In this document: one piece after another, positions 9,929-19,911 of the stretch
How positions within the stretch are numbered: the stretch's first letter is position 1
How the letters are laid out: each line of letters opens with the position of its first letter
Assembly (NCBI GenBank): GCA_965203805.1
Contig: OZ241917.1
Coordinates: 5,088,001-5,152,000, forward strand
Length of the DNA: 64,000 nucleotides
Reading direction: 5' to 3'
DNA from: Candidatus Latescibacterota bacterium
Lineage (GTDB): Bacteria; Latescibacterota; UBA2968; GCA-2709665
Position numbers and translations under genes: made by a program
Notes under the pieces: generated by a model
The model's database searches: none
What the model was told of the DNA's origin: nothing
The model's input: the letters and a program-made list of their open reading frames with translations, nothing else

Positions 9929-10093
9929 ATGGATCCCGATCCACTCAAATCGTATCCGCCGGGCGACCCCAGGCGTCCGCCTCCGAGGTGGTTTCTGGTG
10001 CTGATCGCCGTTGCCGTTGCGATTGCGGTGACGTTGTTCGCCGTTCTCATCGCCTATCTGCGCGACGTCTGGACGGCGCGGCCGCTCGGGTAG
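9929..10093 (+). CDS. Small single-pass membrane protein, 54 aa
   Basis: MDPDPLKSYPPGDPRRPPPR-WFLVLIAVAVAIAVTLFAVLIAYL-RDVWTARPLG; purine-rich RBS; absent from the ORF track (shorter than any ORF listed). Confidence 0.55.
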   Translation: MDPDPLKSYPPGDPRRPPPRWFLVLIAVAVAIAVTLFAVLIAYLRDVWTARPLG

Positions 10094-10255
10094 GTAATCG
10101 GGTCCGCCAGGTTGTTATTCTGAATATCCAGTGTAAGACATAAGGAAAACGGTTAAAGTTCAGGGATCGCGGTGGTGGGAGTGATGATATGCGGTCTATG
10201 GTGAATCGATACGCTGCAGTTACTCGTTCTCTCGCGCTTTTCTCGAGCTCTTTGG

Positions 10256-10288
10256 TTTTTATCCTGTCTATCCTGTCCATCCATGTTT
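10256..10288. repeat. ATCCTGTnn 9-mer repeat unit, copy 2
   Basis: tttttatcctgtctatcctgtccatccatgttt matches 215-245. Confidence 0.7.
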
Positions 10289-10328
10289 CATTCGTCGGTT
10301 TATCTAACTAAAGAGACGAGACTTTCGA

Positions 10329-11066
10329 TCAGTACGTGGCGCGGCCCCCGCTGGCGTCAAAACACTGCCCTGTTGTGAAACTGGCTTCATCCGAGGCCAG
10401 GAAGTGTACCAGCGCGGCGACCTCGCCGGGTTTGCCAAGGCGGCCCATTGGTATCCTGGACGTAAGAAAGGCGGCCCGATCCGGATCCAGACCGAGGGTC
10501 ATCCCGGTCTCGATGAGTGCGGGCGCGACGCAGTTGACACGAATATTGTGGTCCAGCACCTCCCTGGCAAGCGCCTTGGTAAAGCAGATAACGCCGGCTT
10601 TCGATACCGAGTAAGCCGCCATATTGGCGTTCCCTTCCTTGCCCGAGATCGAGGCGACGGATACAATCGCGCCCGTATTGCGTTCTGCCATGTGTGCGAT
10701 GACCGCGCGCGAGCAGAGGAAGACGCCCTTGAGATTGGTGTCCATCACGCGGTCCCAGTCCGCTTCGCTCAGTTCCCGCACGGGCGACTCCGGGCCCACA
10801 ATGCCGGCGTTATTGACCAGAATGTCGATCTGGCCGAGCCGTTCCAGCACGGTGTCCACCATCCGGGTGACGTCTTCGCTGCACGAGACATCCGCTCTCA
10901 CGGTGAGGCTGATGTGGGAACGCCCCCCGTCGGACGGGTCGACGTCCGCGATGGCGACTGTCGCGCCTGCGGTCGCCAGGCGGTCCGCGATGGCCGAACC
11001 GATGCCCCTCGCGCCGCCGGTGACGAGTGCAACGCGTCCCGTTAGGTCCATGAACGTCTGTGGCAT
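10329..11066 (-). CDS. SDR family NAD(P)-dependent oxidoreductase
   Basis: TGGARGIG, NNAG, YSVSK, PMGRLG. Confidence 0.95.
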   Translation of the reverse strand: MPQTFMDLTGRVALVTGGARGIGSAIADRLATAGATVAIADVDPSDGGRSHISLTVRADVSCSEDVTRMVDTVLERLGQIDILVNNAGIVGPESPVRELSEADWDRVMDTNLKGVFLCSRAVIAHMAERNTGAIVSVASISGKEGNANMAAYSVSKAGVICFTKALAREVLDHNIRVNCVAPALIETGMTLGLDPDRAAFLTSRIPMGRLGKPGEVAALVHFLASDEASFTTGQCFDASGGRATY

Positions 11067-11098
11067 GGTAGTTCTCTCAATCGGTAACGGCTAACTTC

Positions 11099-11357
11099 GG
11101 TGAGACGTGAGACGCAAGACGGTAGGGGAAAAGCTTGAAAGCGGTGAGACGTAAGACGTTAGACGGTAGATGACATCCGTGCCCGAATGGTTATTCCTTA
11201 ATGCCTCCGGCAAGAAATGAATCCGCACCGGGCAATCACATCCTCTACCCTCTCCCCGCCTTTAGAGCACTCATATCATCTCCCGTCTCACGTCTACCCT
11301 CTCCCCTGCCTTAGGGTGTTTCCCGGTTCCCTTTGTGCCTTTGTGTCTCCGTGTGAG
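11099..11357. repeat. Dispersed intergenic repeat with heptamer arrays (copy 2) plus CTTTGTG repeats
   Basis: gtgagac arrays and core homologous to 85-205; ctttgtgcctttgtgtctccgtgtgag resembles the reverse complement of 60168-60195. Confidence 0.65.
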
Positions 11358-11374
11358 TTGATTTTCGATTTCGG

Positions 11375-12463
11375 CTAGATCAACTCCGTCCCGTCCAGGT
11401 ATTCGATCAGCTTCCGGTTCGCCCGGGAAAACGCATAGTCTTCGAGGCTGTCGGGTACGACCCACTTCACGTCCGAACAGGTCCGCGCGCGGGCTCTGCC
11501 GCCCTTGTATTCGCATCGAAACGCATGCATGGTGACGCTGAAGTGGGTGAAGGCGTGTCTGACGGTCCTGAACCGGTTCCGCAGGGCGGCGTCGACGCCG
11601 GTTGCCTCGCGCACCGCGCGAATACACGTGTCACCCAGGGCCTCCCCCTGCAGCTGTCGGGCTGATGGAAATTCCCAGAGTCCGCCGAGAAGCCCGTTTT
11701 CCGGCCGTCGCGCGATCAGGACCTTGTCTTTCCGGGATACGATTCCCACACCCAGGATGTGGTGTGGACGCGGCTTCTTCGGGGCCTTGACGGGTAGCGA
11801 TTCCGCCGTGCCGGATTGGTACGCGGCGCAATATTCGTCGACGGGACACTTGCCGCATCGGGGGGCCCGCGGGCGGCAGACCGTCGCGCCAAGTTCCATG
11901 ACCGCCTGGTTGTAATCGCCGGCGTTGCCGCTGTTCAGAAGGTCGTCCGCCAGTTTCTGAAGACGGGTTCTGGTGCGGGTTTGCGCGATATCGTCCCGAA
12001 TCTCGAAGAGCCGGCAAAGAACCCGGATGACGTTGCCGTCGAGAACGGCGTAGTCCCGGTCGTAGGCGATACTCAGGACGGCGGCCGTGGTGTAGGGTCC
12101 CAGACCGGGCAAGGCGGAGAGATCGTCGTAGGCATCGGGCACGGCGCCGTTGAACCTTTCGACGATGTACCGGGCCGTACTGTGCAGGTTTCGCGCACGA
12201 GAATAGTAGCCCAGGCCCTCCCAGGCCTTGAGGACCCGGTCACCCGGCGTTCGGGCGAGGTCCTGCACAGTCGGGAACTTTTCCAGGAACCGCCTGTAAT
12301 AGGGAATGACGGTCTCGACCTGGGTCTGCTGAAGCATGAACTCGGCGAGCAGAACGTGGTATGGATCGGACGTATGACGCCAGGGGAGATCCCGCTTCTC
12401 GCGACGGTACCAGTCGAGCAGGGACCTCTTGATCGATGCAAAATCTGACAGGTCGGCATTCAT
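11375..12463 (-). CDS. mutY: A/G-specific adenine glycosylase
   Basis: LPWR, EFMLQQTQV, WEGLGYYSRARNL, HhH LPGLGPYT, Fe-S cluster CRPRAPRCGKCPV, C-terminal NUDIX-like GLWEFP. Confidence 0.96.
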   Translation of the reverse strand: MNADLSDFASIKRSLLDWYRREKRDLPWRHTSDPYHVLLAEFMLQQTQVETVIPYYRRFLEKFPTVQDLARTPGDRVLKAWEGLGYYSRARNLHSTARYIVERFNGAVPDAYDDLSALPGLGPYTTAAVLSIAYDRDYAVLDGNVIRVLCRLFEIRDDIAQTRTRTRLQKLADDLLNSGNAGDYNQAVMELGATVCRPRAPRCGKCPVDEYCAAYQSGTAESLPVKAPKKPRPHHILGVGIVSRKDKVLIARRPENGLLGGLWEFPSARQLQGEALGDTCIRAVREATGVDAALRNRFRTVRHAFTHFSVTMHAFRCEYKGGRARARTCSDVKWVVPDSLEDYAFSRANRKLIEYLDGTELI

Positions 12464-12486
12464 CAGTTTACCCGGTGAAGGTCGCC

Positions 12487-12798
12487 TCACCGCGCCTGAA
12501 CGTCTTCCTTTCGGCGGCGTTTCTCCTCCGCAATATCGCTGGCGTGTCCCGTGACGACGTCCGGCGGGCTGGTCCTGATCAGTTGCTGCAGGGCCAGCAG
12601 GAACAACAGGATGTCTTCGCCATAGCCCAGGTGCGGGAACAACGCTTCCGGCAACAGATCCACGGGGGATATCCCGTAGAGGATGATCACGTAGACCAGC
12701 AGTTTGCTGTACCATGGCACACGCGGGTCTTTCATCAGGCGCCAGGCGAGTCTGATATACTGGGGCAGGCGAAAGAGAATTGAGAAGATGCCGCGCAT
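12487..12798 (-). CDS. YkvA/DUF1232 family membrane protein
   Basis: DPRVPWYSK, YGISPVDLLPE...LGYGED motif. Confidence 0.85.
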   Translation of the reverse strand: MRGIFSILFRLPQYIRLAWRLMKDPRVPWYSKLLVYVIILYGISPVDLLPEALFPHLGYGEDILLFLLALQQLIRTSPPDVVTGHASDIAEEKRRRKEDVQAR

Positions 12799-12866
12799 GG
12801 CAGTAGCGAGCGGGTACACGTGGACGCGATTCATTGCGCGATCGTTCAAGAGGCGGTTTTGCCTAA

Positions 12867-13060
12867 CAGTCCGTTGAAGAAGTCGCTCTGCAGGGCGAGG
12901 CCGAGTCATTGTGGCCGAAGACAAGGCGCGCGACCGACGCGCATCCCTGGATTCGGGGAGGGAGCGCCTGCCTGCCGCGCTCCGCTTGGCGCAGGCAGGC
13001 AACGCCGTATTTCGGTCACAAGGGCCGGACGTAGCCCGGATGGACTTTTTCAACGGGCTG
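12867..13060. mobile_element. MITE, 194 bp, IS5-like ends
   Basis: TIRs CAGTCCGTTGAAGAAGTC / GACTTTTTCAACGGGCTG; CTAA duplicated on both flanks (12863-12866, 13061-13064); no transposase inside. Confidence 0.8.
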
Positions 13061-14053
13061 CTAAGTCCTGCCAAGAAAGGATCTGACCCTGGGGTGGTTC
13101 AACACGTCCGGATTGATGATGTGCGCGGGTTCCCTTCCCTCCATGGCGTCGGTGAGTTGCCCGAAGGTCCGGCGGTCCAGGCGTACCGCGGAAGCGTCGG
13201 TCATTCCGGCGTTGTGGTTGGTGCAGATGATGCGGGGGTGCCCCTTGTGGATGGCCCGCGGGCCGTCCACCGGGTCGTCGACCACGTAATACCAGAGTCG
13301 CTTCTCGACGATGGCGCGGTTGACGGCAATATCGTCTACGAGGGTGCCGCGCGACGGGTTGATGAGGGAGGCATGGGGCTGCATGGCACAAAGGAGGTCG
13401 TAGGTGACGAGGGTGTCGGCGCCGGAAACGTGCAGGGAGACAGTATCGCATTCCCTGAACAGGTCTATCGGTTCGCCGACGGCCTCCGCCCCGAATCGGG
13501 ACGCGAGATCCGCGATGTCCGGCCGGACGTCGTAGACGAGCAGGCGCCCCCTGTCACCCAGGAGCGGCTTGGCCCGTTCGGCGACCGCCTGACCGATGCG
13601 GCCGAAACCATACAGACCAAGCGTAGTCTCGGCGACTTCGTAGGTTCTGATGAGTGAAAAGTCGCCGCTGTGGGAGAGCCGGTTCAGCGTATAGACCCTC
13701 TTCATCGTGGCCATCCACTGGGCAATGGCGTATTCGGCTACCGTGACCATGTGCTCGGGAGCAATGGTGACGATCACACCGCGGCGCGTAGCCACGTCGA
13801 GGTTGACTTTTTCGTAACCCACACCCCATCGGGAGATGATGCGCAGGTCCGTCGCGGCTTCATAGAAGCTCTCGTGAATCAGCGCTGAACTCGCGAGGAC
13901 ACCGACAACGCCGTCTGCTTCGTTTGCCGTGAGTTCCCCGGAGTAGTAGTCCACGCTGGCAAAGCCGGCCAGTCGCTCCAGTCTCTTGTGCCGGCTGTCG
14001 GAGTCGAATTCGGGGTTCCGCATGTTGGCGGACAGCAGGATTCTCCGTGACAT
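13061..14053 (-). CDS. D-isomer-specific 2-hydroxyacid dehydrogenase family
   Basis: RWGVGYE, GLYGFGRIG, INPSRG, TNHNAG. Confidence 0.88.
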   Translation of the reverse strand: MSRRILLSANMRNPEFDSDSRHKRLERLAGFASVDYYSGELTANEADGVVGVLASSALIHESFYEAATDLRIISRWGVGYEKVNLDVATRRGVIVTIAPEHMVTVAEYAIAQWMATMKRVYTLNRLSHSGDFSLIRTYEVAETTLGLYGFGRIGQAVAERAKPLLGDRGRLLVYDVRPDIADLASRFGAEAVGEPIDLFRECDTVSLHVSGADTLVTYDLLCAMQPHASLINPSRGTLVDDIAVNRAIVEKRLWYYVVDDPVDGPRAIHKGHPRIICTNHNAGMTDASAVRLDRRTFGQLTDAMEGREPAHIINPDVLNHPRVRSFLGRT

Positions 14054-14087
14054 GCAATTCCTTTGTGTATGTAGTGGTGCGGAAGGT

Positions 14088-15749
14088 CTATTGATTCTTC
14101 TGCCGGTCCACGATTTCCTGTACGATTTCCCGAAGGGCGCTGCGCTGGACCTTGCCCGTAGACGTCATTGGCAGGCGGTCGGGACTGAACGGAATGGTAC
14201 TGCAGGGTGCTTCAAAGGGGCTCAGGTTCGCCACGTCTCCCGCCAGTCCCGCGCTCAGGATCCGCCCGGCAGCTTCCGCCTGCTTCGCCGGCGCCGTGCC
14301 GTTGCGGAAGACGAGCGCGGCGCAGACGTCCTGTCCCCAGCGTTCGTCCTCCAGGCCGGTTACGTAGGCCGCGGCAAGCTCGGGAAAGGCTTCTACAAGG
14401 GCGTTTTCAACGGCTATCGGGGAGATGTTTACGCCGCCCTTGATGACGATTTCCTTCTTGCGGCTGTGAACGAAATAATAATCGCGGTTGCCGATCTCGC
14501 ACCGGTAGCCGATGTCGCCGGTGTGAAACCAACCGTCCCTGAAGACTTGCTCCGAGGCGGCCGGCTGGTTGAGGTAGCCGCCCGACACAACCGGTCCGCG
14601 AACCAGGATTTCACCGAGTTCGCCGGGGGAAGGATTTCCTTCGAGGCGGATGTTGTTGTTTCCGAGCTCGACTCCCGCGGCGTTCCGCTGAAGCGCCTCC
14701 CGGTATTCGTGTTCCGGCAGGTCCGGCGGAACGCCGGTGACCCGAAGGCTGACCTCGGTGGTGCCGTAGCCCTGGATCAGGCGCACGCCGAATCGATCGT
14801 GGAACCGCACCGCGGGACCCGCGGGTACCGGGGCGCTGCCGATCATTATCTTCTTGAGTGCGGAAATGTCATGCCCGGCCGCGTCGAACGCGTCGGCATC
14901 GGCAAGCAGATCCCGCATGATAGTGGGAACAATGCTGCTGGACGTGGCTCTCTCTTCCGCAATGACCGGCCAGAAACCGGAAGCGCTGTATCGGGAGTTG
15001 AGAACGAGCGTTCCGCCGGCCATGAAAAGTGCAATCGAGAAGACGGTTGAATTGACATGATGCAGCGGCAGTACGAGGCTGAGTCGTTCGTTCTCGTCGA
15101 AATGCAGCCAGCGGCCGATGCCGTCCGCATTGCTCACGATGCTCTGCCGCGTGAGCAGAACGCCCTTGGGTTTTCCCGTTGTTCCTGACGTATACAGAAT
15201 GATCCCCGCGGCCTGCTCCGCCGCCGGGTCCCCGCTCCATTCCGGTTCCAGGTCCCTGGTCCGGTCGACGTCGCCCGCGAGCAGTGTATCCGTGGCCGCG
15301 ATGGGAACTTCCGTAGCCACTCCCCGCTCGGAGTCCAGATGATCGGGAAGGACGCACAGCAGTCTGGCGCGGGAGTCTTCGAGCTTGTATCGTTTTCGTT
15401 CGGGCGTGTCGCGCCTGAGGTCCAGCGGGACGGCGGTCGCGCCAAGCCGGAAGAGGGCCTGGGTGATCAGAAGGATTTCCGGGCAATTCGGCATGGCCAG
15501 GGATACCCGGTCTCCGGGGCCGATGCCATAGTCATCGTGAAGCCGGACCGCCAGGGCCGCGGTCCGGCGGTTCAGTTCTCCGTATGTGATAACCGACCGC
15601 TTTTCGACGTCCAGGTCGCGGAAGACGATGGCCGCGCGATCTCCCGAGTGTGCGGCCCGATGGTGAAGAAGGCGCGTGAAGTTCTTCCATGGAAAGCGAT
15701 AGACGTGAGGGCGTCCATTCTTCGTGCAGGTGAAGATCTCTGGATCCAT
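14088..15749 (-). CDS. AMP-binding acyl-CoA synthetase family protein
   Basis: YTSGTTGKPKG, GYGTTE, GWFHTGD, TSTGKVQR. Confidence 0.92.
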   Translation of the reverse strand: MDPEIFTCTKNGRPHVYRFPWKNFTRLLHHRAAHSGDRAAIVFRDLDVEKRSVITYGELNRRTAALAVRLHDDYGIGPGDRVSLAMPNCPEILLITQALFRLGATAVPLDLRRDTPERKRYKLEDSRARLLCVLPDHLDSERGVATEVPIAATDTLLAGDVDRTRDLEPEWSGDPAAEQAAGIILYTSGTTGKPKGVLLTRQSIVSNADGIGRWLHFDENERLSLVLPLHHVNSTVFSIALFMAGGTLVLNSRYSASGFWPVIAEERATSSSIVPTIMRDLLADADAFDAAGHDISALKKIMIGSAPVPAGPAVRFHDRFGVRLIQGYGTTEVSLRVTGVPPDLPEHEYREALQRNAAGVELGNNNIRLEGNPSPGELGEILVRGPVVSGGYLNQPAASEQVFRDGWFHTGDIGYRCEIGNRDYYFVHSRKKEIVIKGGVNISPIAVENALVEAFPELAAAYVTGLEDERWGQDVCAALVFRNGTAPAKQAEAAGRILSAGLAGDVANLSPFEAPCSTIPFSPDRLPMTSTGKVQRSALREIVQEIVDRQKNQ

Positions 15750-15801
15750 AGAGATTCGACCGCCTGCCGTCGGCAACGGAAAAGGCGCCGGGAACTCCGG
15801 G

Positions 15802-16893
15802 TCAGGTCCCGTTCGAGTCACACCGGGCTTTGTGGACGAGATGGTGGTCGGCCAGGACGAGCGCGATCATGGATTCGACCATCGGCGCCGCGCGGGGCAA
15901 TACGCAGGGATCGTGGCGTCCGCGGCCCGATAACGTGGCCGGATTGCCGTGAATATCCACGGTTTCCTGGGTCTTGAGGATGGTTGCCGTCGGTTTGAAG
16001 GCGGCACGGACAACGATGTTTTCGCCATTGGAAATGCCACCCTGAATACCGCCGGAACGGTTGGTACGTGTGCGTATTCGTTCTCCGTCAACGTAGAACG
16101 CGTCGTTGTGGCTGAAACCGGTGAGCGTCGTGCCGGCAAACCCGGACCCGATTTCAAATCCCTTGCAGGCCGGGAGAGAAAGGATGGCTTTGCCCAGATC
16201 GGCTTCGAGCTTGTCGAAAACCGGTTCCCCGAAGCCCGGCGGCACGTTGCGCGCGACGGCTTCCACAACGCCGCCGAGTGAGTCGCCGTCTTTTCGTGCC
16301 TGTTCGATCTGCCCGATCATCCGGTCCGCAATTTCGGAATCGGGGCAGCGCACGATATTGGATTCGACCTGGTCCCGTGTGATTGTGTCTGGATCGGCAC
16401 AGGCCGTCAGGTCGCGAACGCTCTTGACGAAGGCCAGGATCTCCACGCCAAGCGCCTCGTGCAGGATCTTGCGCGCGATCGCGCCTGCCGCCACGCGACC
16501 GATGGTCTCGCGTGCACTGGCCCGCCCGCCGCCCTGCCAGTCCCGGATCCCGTATTTTGCCTGATAGGTGTAGTCGGCGTGAGACGGACGGTATTTTACC
16601 CGCATCTCCTCGTAGTCTTTGGATCGGGCGTCTTTGTTCCTGACAATCAGGGAGATGGGCGTGCCCAGGGTCTTGCCTTCGAAGACGCCGGACAGGATCT
16701 CGACGCGGTCCTCTTCCTTTCGCTGGGTGGTAATCCTGCTCTGCCCGGGGCGGCGCCGGTCCAGTTCCTTCTGAATCTCACCGGGCGCGATTTCGAGATT
16801 GGGCGGGCAGCCGTCAATAACAACGCCCACGCCGCCGCCGTGGGACTCGCCCCAGGTGGTGATGCGGAAGAGGTGGCCGAAAGTGTTGCCCAT
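15802..16893 (-). CDS. aroC: Chorismate synthase
   Basis: GESHG, RPSHAD, RASARET, GGISNG, GRHDPCV. Confidence 0.98.
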   Translation of the reverse strand: MGNTFGHLFRITTWGESHGGGVGVVIDGCPPNLEIAPGEIQKELDRRRPGQSRITTQRKEEDRVEILSGVFEGKTLGTPISLIVRNKDARSKDYEEMRVKYRPSHADYTYQAKYGIRDWQGGGRASARETIGRVAAGAIARKILHEALGVEILAFVKSVRDLTACADPDTITRDQVESNIVRCPDSEIADRMIGQIEQARKDGDSLGGVVEAVARNVPPGFGEPVFDKLEADLGKAILSLPACKGFEIGSGFAGTTLTGFSHNDAFYVDGERIRTRTNRSGGIQGGISNGENIVVRAAFKPTATILKTQETVDIHGNPATLSGRGRHDPCVLPRAAPMVESMIALVLADHHLVHKARCDSNGT

Positions 16894-17071
16894 GCGGCGT
16901 TCGCTCCGTGTGTTGTGCGCCTGGATTCCCCGCTCGGGAAACGTCGCTCTGCCCCGCGGGAAACGGCCTCAATTTACCGGATTCCCAAATGCGGGTCAAG
17001 CAAAAGTCTGCGCGTGAAAGCGCGGATTTGCGCACGCCACGCCCTCTTGGAAGCCCCCGATCCGCGACATC

Positions 17072-17100
17072 TTGACAGCGTCCCGATGCGGGCCTATCTT
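17072..17100 (+). promoter_or_regulatory. sigma70-like promoter for the catabolic cluster
   Basis: TTGACA-17 bp-TATCTT. Confidence 0.55.
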
Positions 17101-17132
17101 GTGCTCGCCGACAGGAAAAACCGGAGGGCCGC

Positions 17133-17921
17133 ATGGGTAAGCACTGCTCGGGTATTCTCGAAGAAATGACCATCGACCAGGTTCGGGGGCTCAAGCCGGA
17201 CGTTGCCGTCATTCCGATCGGATCGACGGAACCGCACGGTCCGGCGCTGCCGTACGGTACCGACAGCTATCGGGCCGAAGCAATCGCCTGCGGCGCCACC
17301 CGGGAGGCGAACAGCCGGGGCGGCCGGGTGATCTGCCTGCCCACCGTCCGGGTCAGCCTGAACAACAATTTTCGCGCCTTCCCGTTCGCCTGCCGCATGG
17401 AGGTGTCGACGTTCATGGCGCTGCTGAAGGACCTCGTAAGAATGTGCGAGTCGGACGGCATAGAGAAGGTCGTATTCGTGAATGCCCACGGAGGCAATCC
17501 GGACGTGATCCGGGCGGCAATGCGCGATCTGGCCGCGGCAGACGGCGCATTCGTCTGCATGATCCAGGCCTCTTCGTGCGCGTCGCCCGAGGCGCGGCAG
17601 GTCTGCGAAAAACCAAGCGACCACGCGGGCGAGGAGGAGACGTCGCAGATGCTCTACCTGCGGCCCGACCTTGTCCGCAAGGAAAAGATCGGGGACCATC
17701 CGCGCAGGCAACCCGAACTCGAGGTCCTGACGGAGTACCAGGTGGATTTCGTGAGGCCGTGGCACCTCTACATGCCGGCATCCGCCGGCGGCGACGCAAG
17801 CCGCGCCACACGGGAAAAGGGAAAGATCGTCATCGATTCAAGCATCGAGGGAACGGGCAGGTTTCTGGCGGAACTGTCCAGGGCGGACAGGCACCGCGGT
17901 TTCCCTTACCCGTCCGATTGA
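17133..17921 (+). CDS. Creatininase family amidohydrolase
   Basis: PIGSTEPHG..LP.GTD, NAHGGN, HAGEEETS. Confidence 0.92.
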   Translation: MGKHCSGILEEMTIDQVRGLKPDVAVIPIGSTEPHGPALPYGTDSYRAEAIACGATREANSRGGRVICLPTVRVSLNNNFRAFPFACRMEVSTFMALLKDLVRMCESDGIEKVVFVNAHGGNPDVIRAAMRDLAAADGAFVCMIQASSCASPEARQVCEKPSDHAGEEETSQMLYLRPDLVRKEKIGDHPRRQPELEVLTEYQVDFVRPWHLYMPASAGGDASRATREKGKIVIDSSIEGTGRFLAELSRADRHRGFPYPSD

Positions 17922-17974
17922 CTCGGAAACCCGGAACGAACATGGATGGTCGGGACGGGCCACCGGAGGTGACC

Positions 17975-19072
17975 ATGATCAACTATCAGGACCTGGGCGT
18001 AAAGCCTTTCATCAACGCCAGCGGGACGATTACGACCCTCGGCGGCAGCCTCATGCGCCCGGAAGTCCTGGACGCGATGCAGGAGGCGGCGGGGGCGTTC
18101 GTGGACCTTCCGGAGCTGAACGAAAGGGCGGGGCGGTACCTGGCCGAAAAAATCGGCGTTGAGGCGGCTTTCGTCTCCTGTGGCGCGGCAAGCGGGATGC
18201 AGCTCTCGGCGGCGGCGTGCCTGACGGGCGCCGACGCGGAAAAGGTCCGGGCGCTGCCGCATACCGAAGGCTGGCGGAACGAGTTCGTGGTCAGTCTTGT
18301 GGACTCCCATACGTACATCCATCAGGGGATCGAGATCTGCGGCGGAAAGCTGGTGCGCGCGGGCAGCAGGACGGAGGTGACGGCCGGGGACATCCTCGGC
18401 GGCATCACCGAGCGGACAGCGGCCGTGGTCCATTTCCTGGGCATGCAGAGCAAGGCGCAGCTCAAGGAGGTAATCGCCGGGGCGAATCGTGCAGGGGTCC
18501 CTGTGCTTGTCGACGCCGCGGCGCAGCTTCCACCGAGGACGAACCTGACGGAGATTGCGAACATCGGCGCGAGCCTGGTGGTCTTCAGCGGAGGCAAGGG
18601 GCTGAGGGGGCCGCAGTGCACGGGCCTGGTCCTGGGAAAAAGGGAATACGTGGACGCGGCCATGCTGAATGCCAGCCCTTTCAGCGCGGTCGGGCGCGGC
18701 ATGAAAGTTGGAAAGGAAGAGATTCTCGGGCTCCTGGCGGCCGTTGATCTGTTTCTGGCGGGAAGCGACGATCAGGACCGGGCCACGTGGCGCCAACAGG
18801 TGAAACGGGTCGTGGCGGCAGTGTCCGAAATTCCTGGCGTCAAGGCATATGTCCTGGGAGAGGGCCAGCAGGCGGCGCCCGATTTCGCTCCCAGGGCCTA
18901 CGTCGATCTCCCCGAGTCTGAAACCCGCGAGGTGATTCGGGCCATGCGCGAGGGAGACCCCCGGGTGGTGGTCCGCTCGAGCGGGAGTGGAATCGTTGTG
19001 GATCCGATGACGCTGGCGCCCGGCGAGGAGGAGGTCGTCGGCCGTCGCCTCAAGGAGGTGCTGCGCCGATGA
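17975..19072 (+). CDS. SelA/DgaE-like PLP-dependent enzyme
   Basis: INASGT.T.LGGS, VDAAAQ, FSGGK, GRGMKVGKEE; start after GGAGG. Confidence 0.85.
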   Translation: MINYQDLGVKPFINASGTITTLGGSLMRPEVLDAMQEAAGAFVDLPELNERAGRYLAEKIGVEAAFVSCGAASGMQLSAAACLTGADAEKVRALPHTEGWRNEFVVSLVDSHTYIHQGIEICGGKLVRAGSRTEVTAGDILGGITERTAAVVHFLGMQSKAQLKEVIAGANRAGVPVLVDAAAQLPPRTNLTEIANIGASLVVFSGGKGLRGPQCTGLVLGKREYVDAAMLNASPFSAVGRGMKVGKEEILGLLAAVDLFLAGSDDQDRATWRQQVKRVVAAVSEIPGVKAYVLGEGQQAAPDFAPRAYVDLPESETREVIRAMREGDPRVVVRSSGSGIVVDPMTLAPGEEEVVGRRLKEVLRR

Positions 19073-19905
19073 TCGACGCCCATTTGCACATCGGACACCA
19101 CGGCAGGAGTCTTGAGGATACGATCCGGCATATCGAAGGCATCGGGGCGGATAAAGCCGTATTCCTGCCGATCGAGACGGCCGACCGGGAATACGAATGG
19201 CTCTCGGAAACCGTTGCGATGGCGCATGAGCGGTACCCGGACAAAGTCATTCCATTCTGCCACGTGGACGTGACACGGGAAGACGCGGTCGCGGAACTCG
19301 AACGACGCGCGCGGCTGGGGGTATTCCGGGGGTACGGAGAACAGAAACAGCACGTGCCATTGAATCATCCGGGTCTGGAACGCGTGCTGGCTTTCTGCAA
19401 CGAAATGCGCTGGCCCGTCACGTGGCATTTTCAGGAGGGGAGCCGGGGTTACAATCAGGGTATCGGACATCTGGAGTCGCTGGTGCGCAAGTTCCGCGAT
19501 ATCAGGTTTATCGGACACGCACAGTCCTGGTGGGCCAATATCAGCGCGGACGTGCCTCCGCCGGAGGAGACGTTGTACCCGCGGGGGCCCGTGGTTCCGG
19601 GCGGACTGGCGGACCGGCTGCTGTCAGACTACGAAAACGTGTACGCGGACCTGTCCGCCGGGTCGGGGCTGGGGGCCGTCACACGCGACGAGGCGTTCGG
19701 CAGGGACTTTCTGATGCGACACCGCCGCAGGTTGCTCTTCGCCACCGATTGCCCGTGTGTGGATGGACGGGGAACCGACTACCCTCCGGGGTGTTTTGCG
19801 GCGAAGAGCCTGCCGTTCCTGAGACGGATGGTGGAAGATCAGGAAGCGCTGGAGGATATCCTGCACCGGAATGCGGTGCGCGTAATCGGGCTGGATGAGG
19901 ATTAA
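19069..19905 (+). CDS. Amidohydrolase_2 family metal-dependent hydrolase
   Basis: IDAHLH, FIGHAQ.WW, ADLSAGSG, LFATD. Confidence 0.85.
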   Translation: MIDAHLHIGHHGRSLEDTIRHIEGIGADKAVFLPIETADREYEWLSETVAMAHERYPDKVIPFCHVDVTREDAVAELERRARLGVFRGYGEQKQHVPLNHPGLERVLAFCNEMRWPVTWHFQEGSRGYNQGIGHLESLVRKFRDIRFIGHAQSWWANISADVPPPEETLYPRGPVVPGGLADRLLSDYENVYADLSAGSGLGAVTRDEAFGRDFLMRHRRRLLFATDCPCVDGRGTDYPPGCFAAKSLPFLRRMVEDQEALEDILHRNAVRVIGLDED

Positions 19906-19911
19906 GCGATC

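Noticed and set aside
17975-19072. True selenocysteine synthase SelA serving the selenoprotein
   Set aside because: Short (365 aa), lacks the SelA N-terminal domain, has the DgaE-like GRGMKVGKEE motif and sits in a catabolic cluster with no selB.
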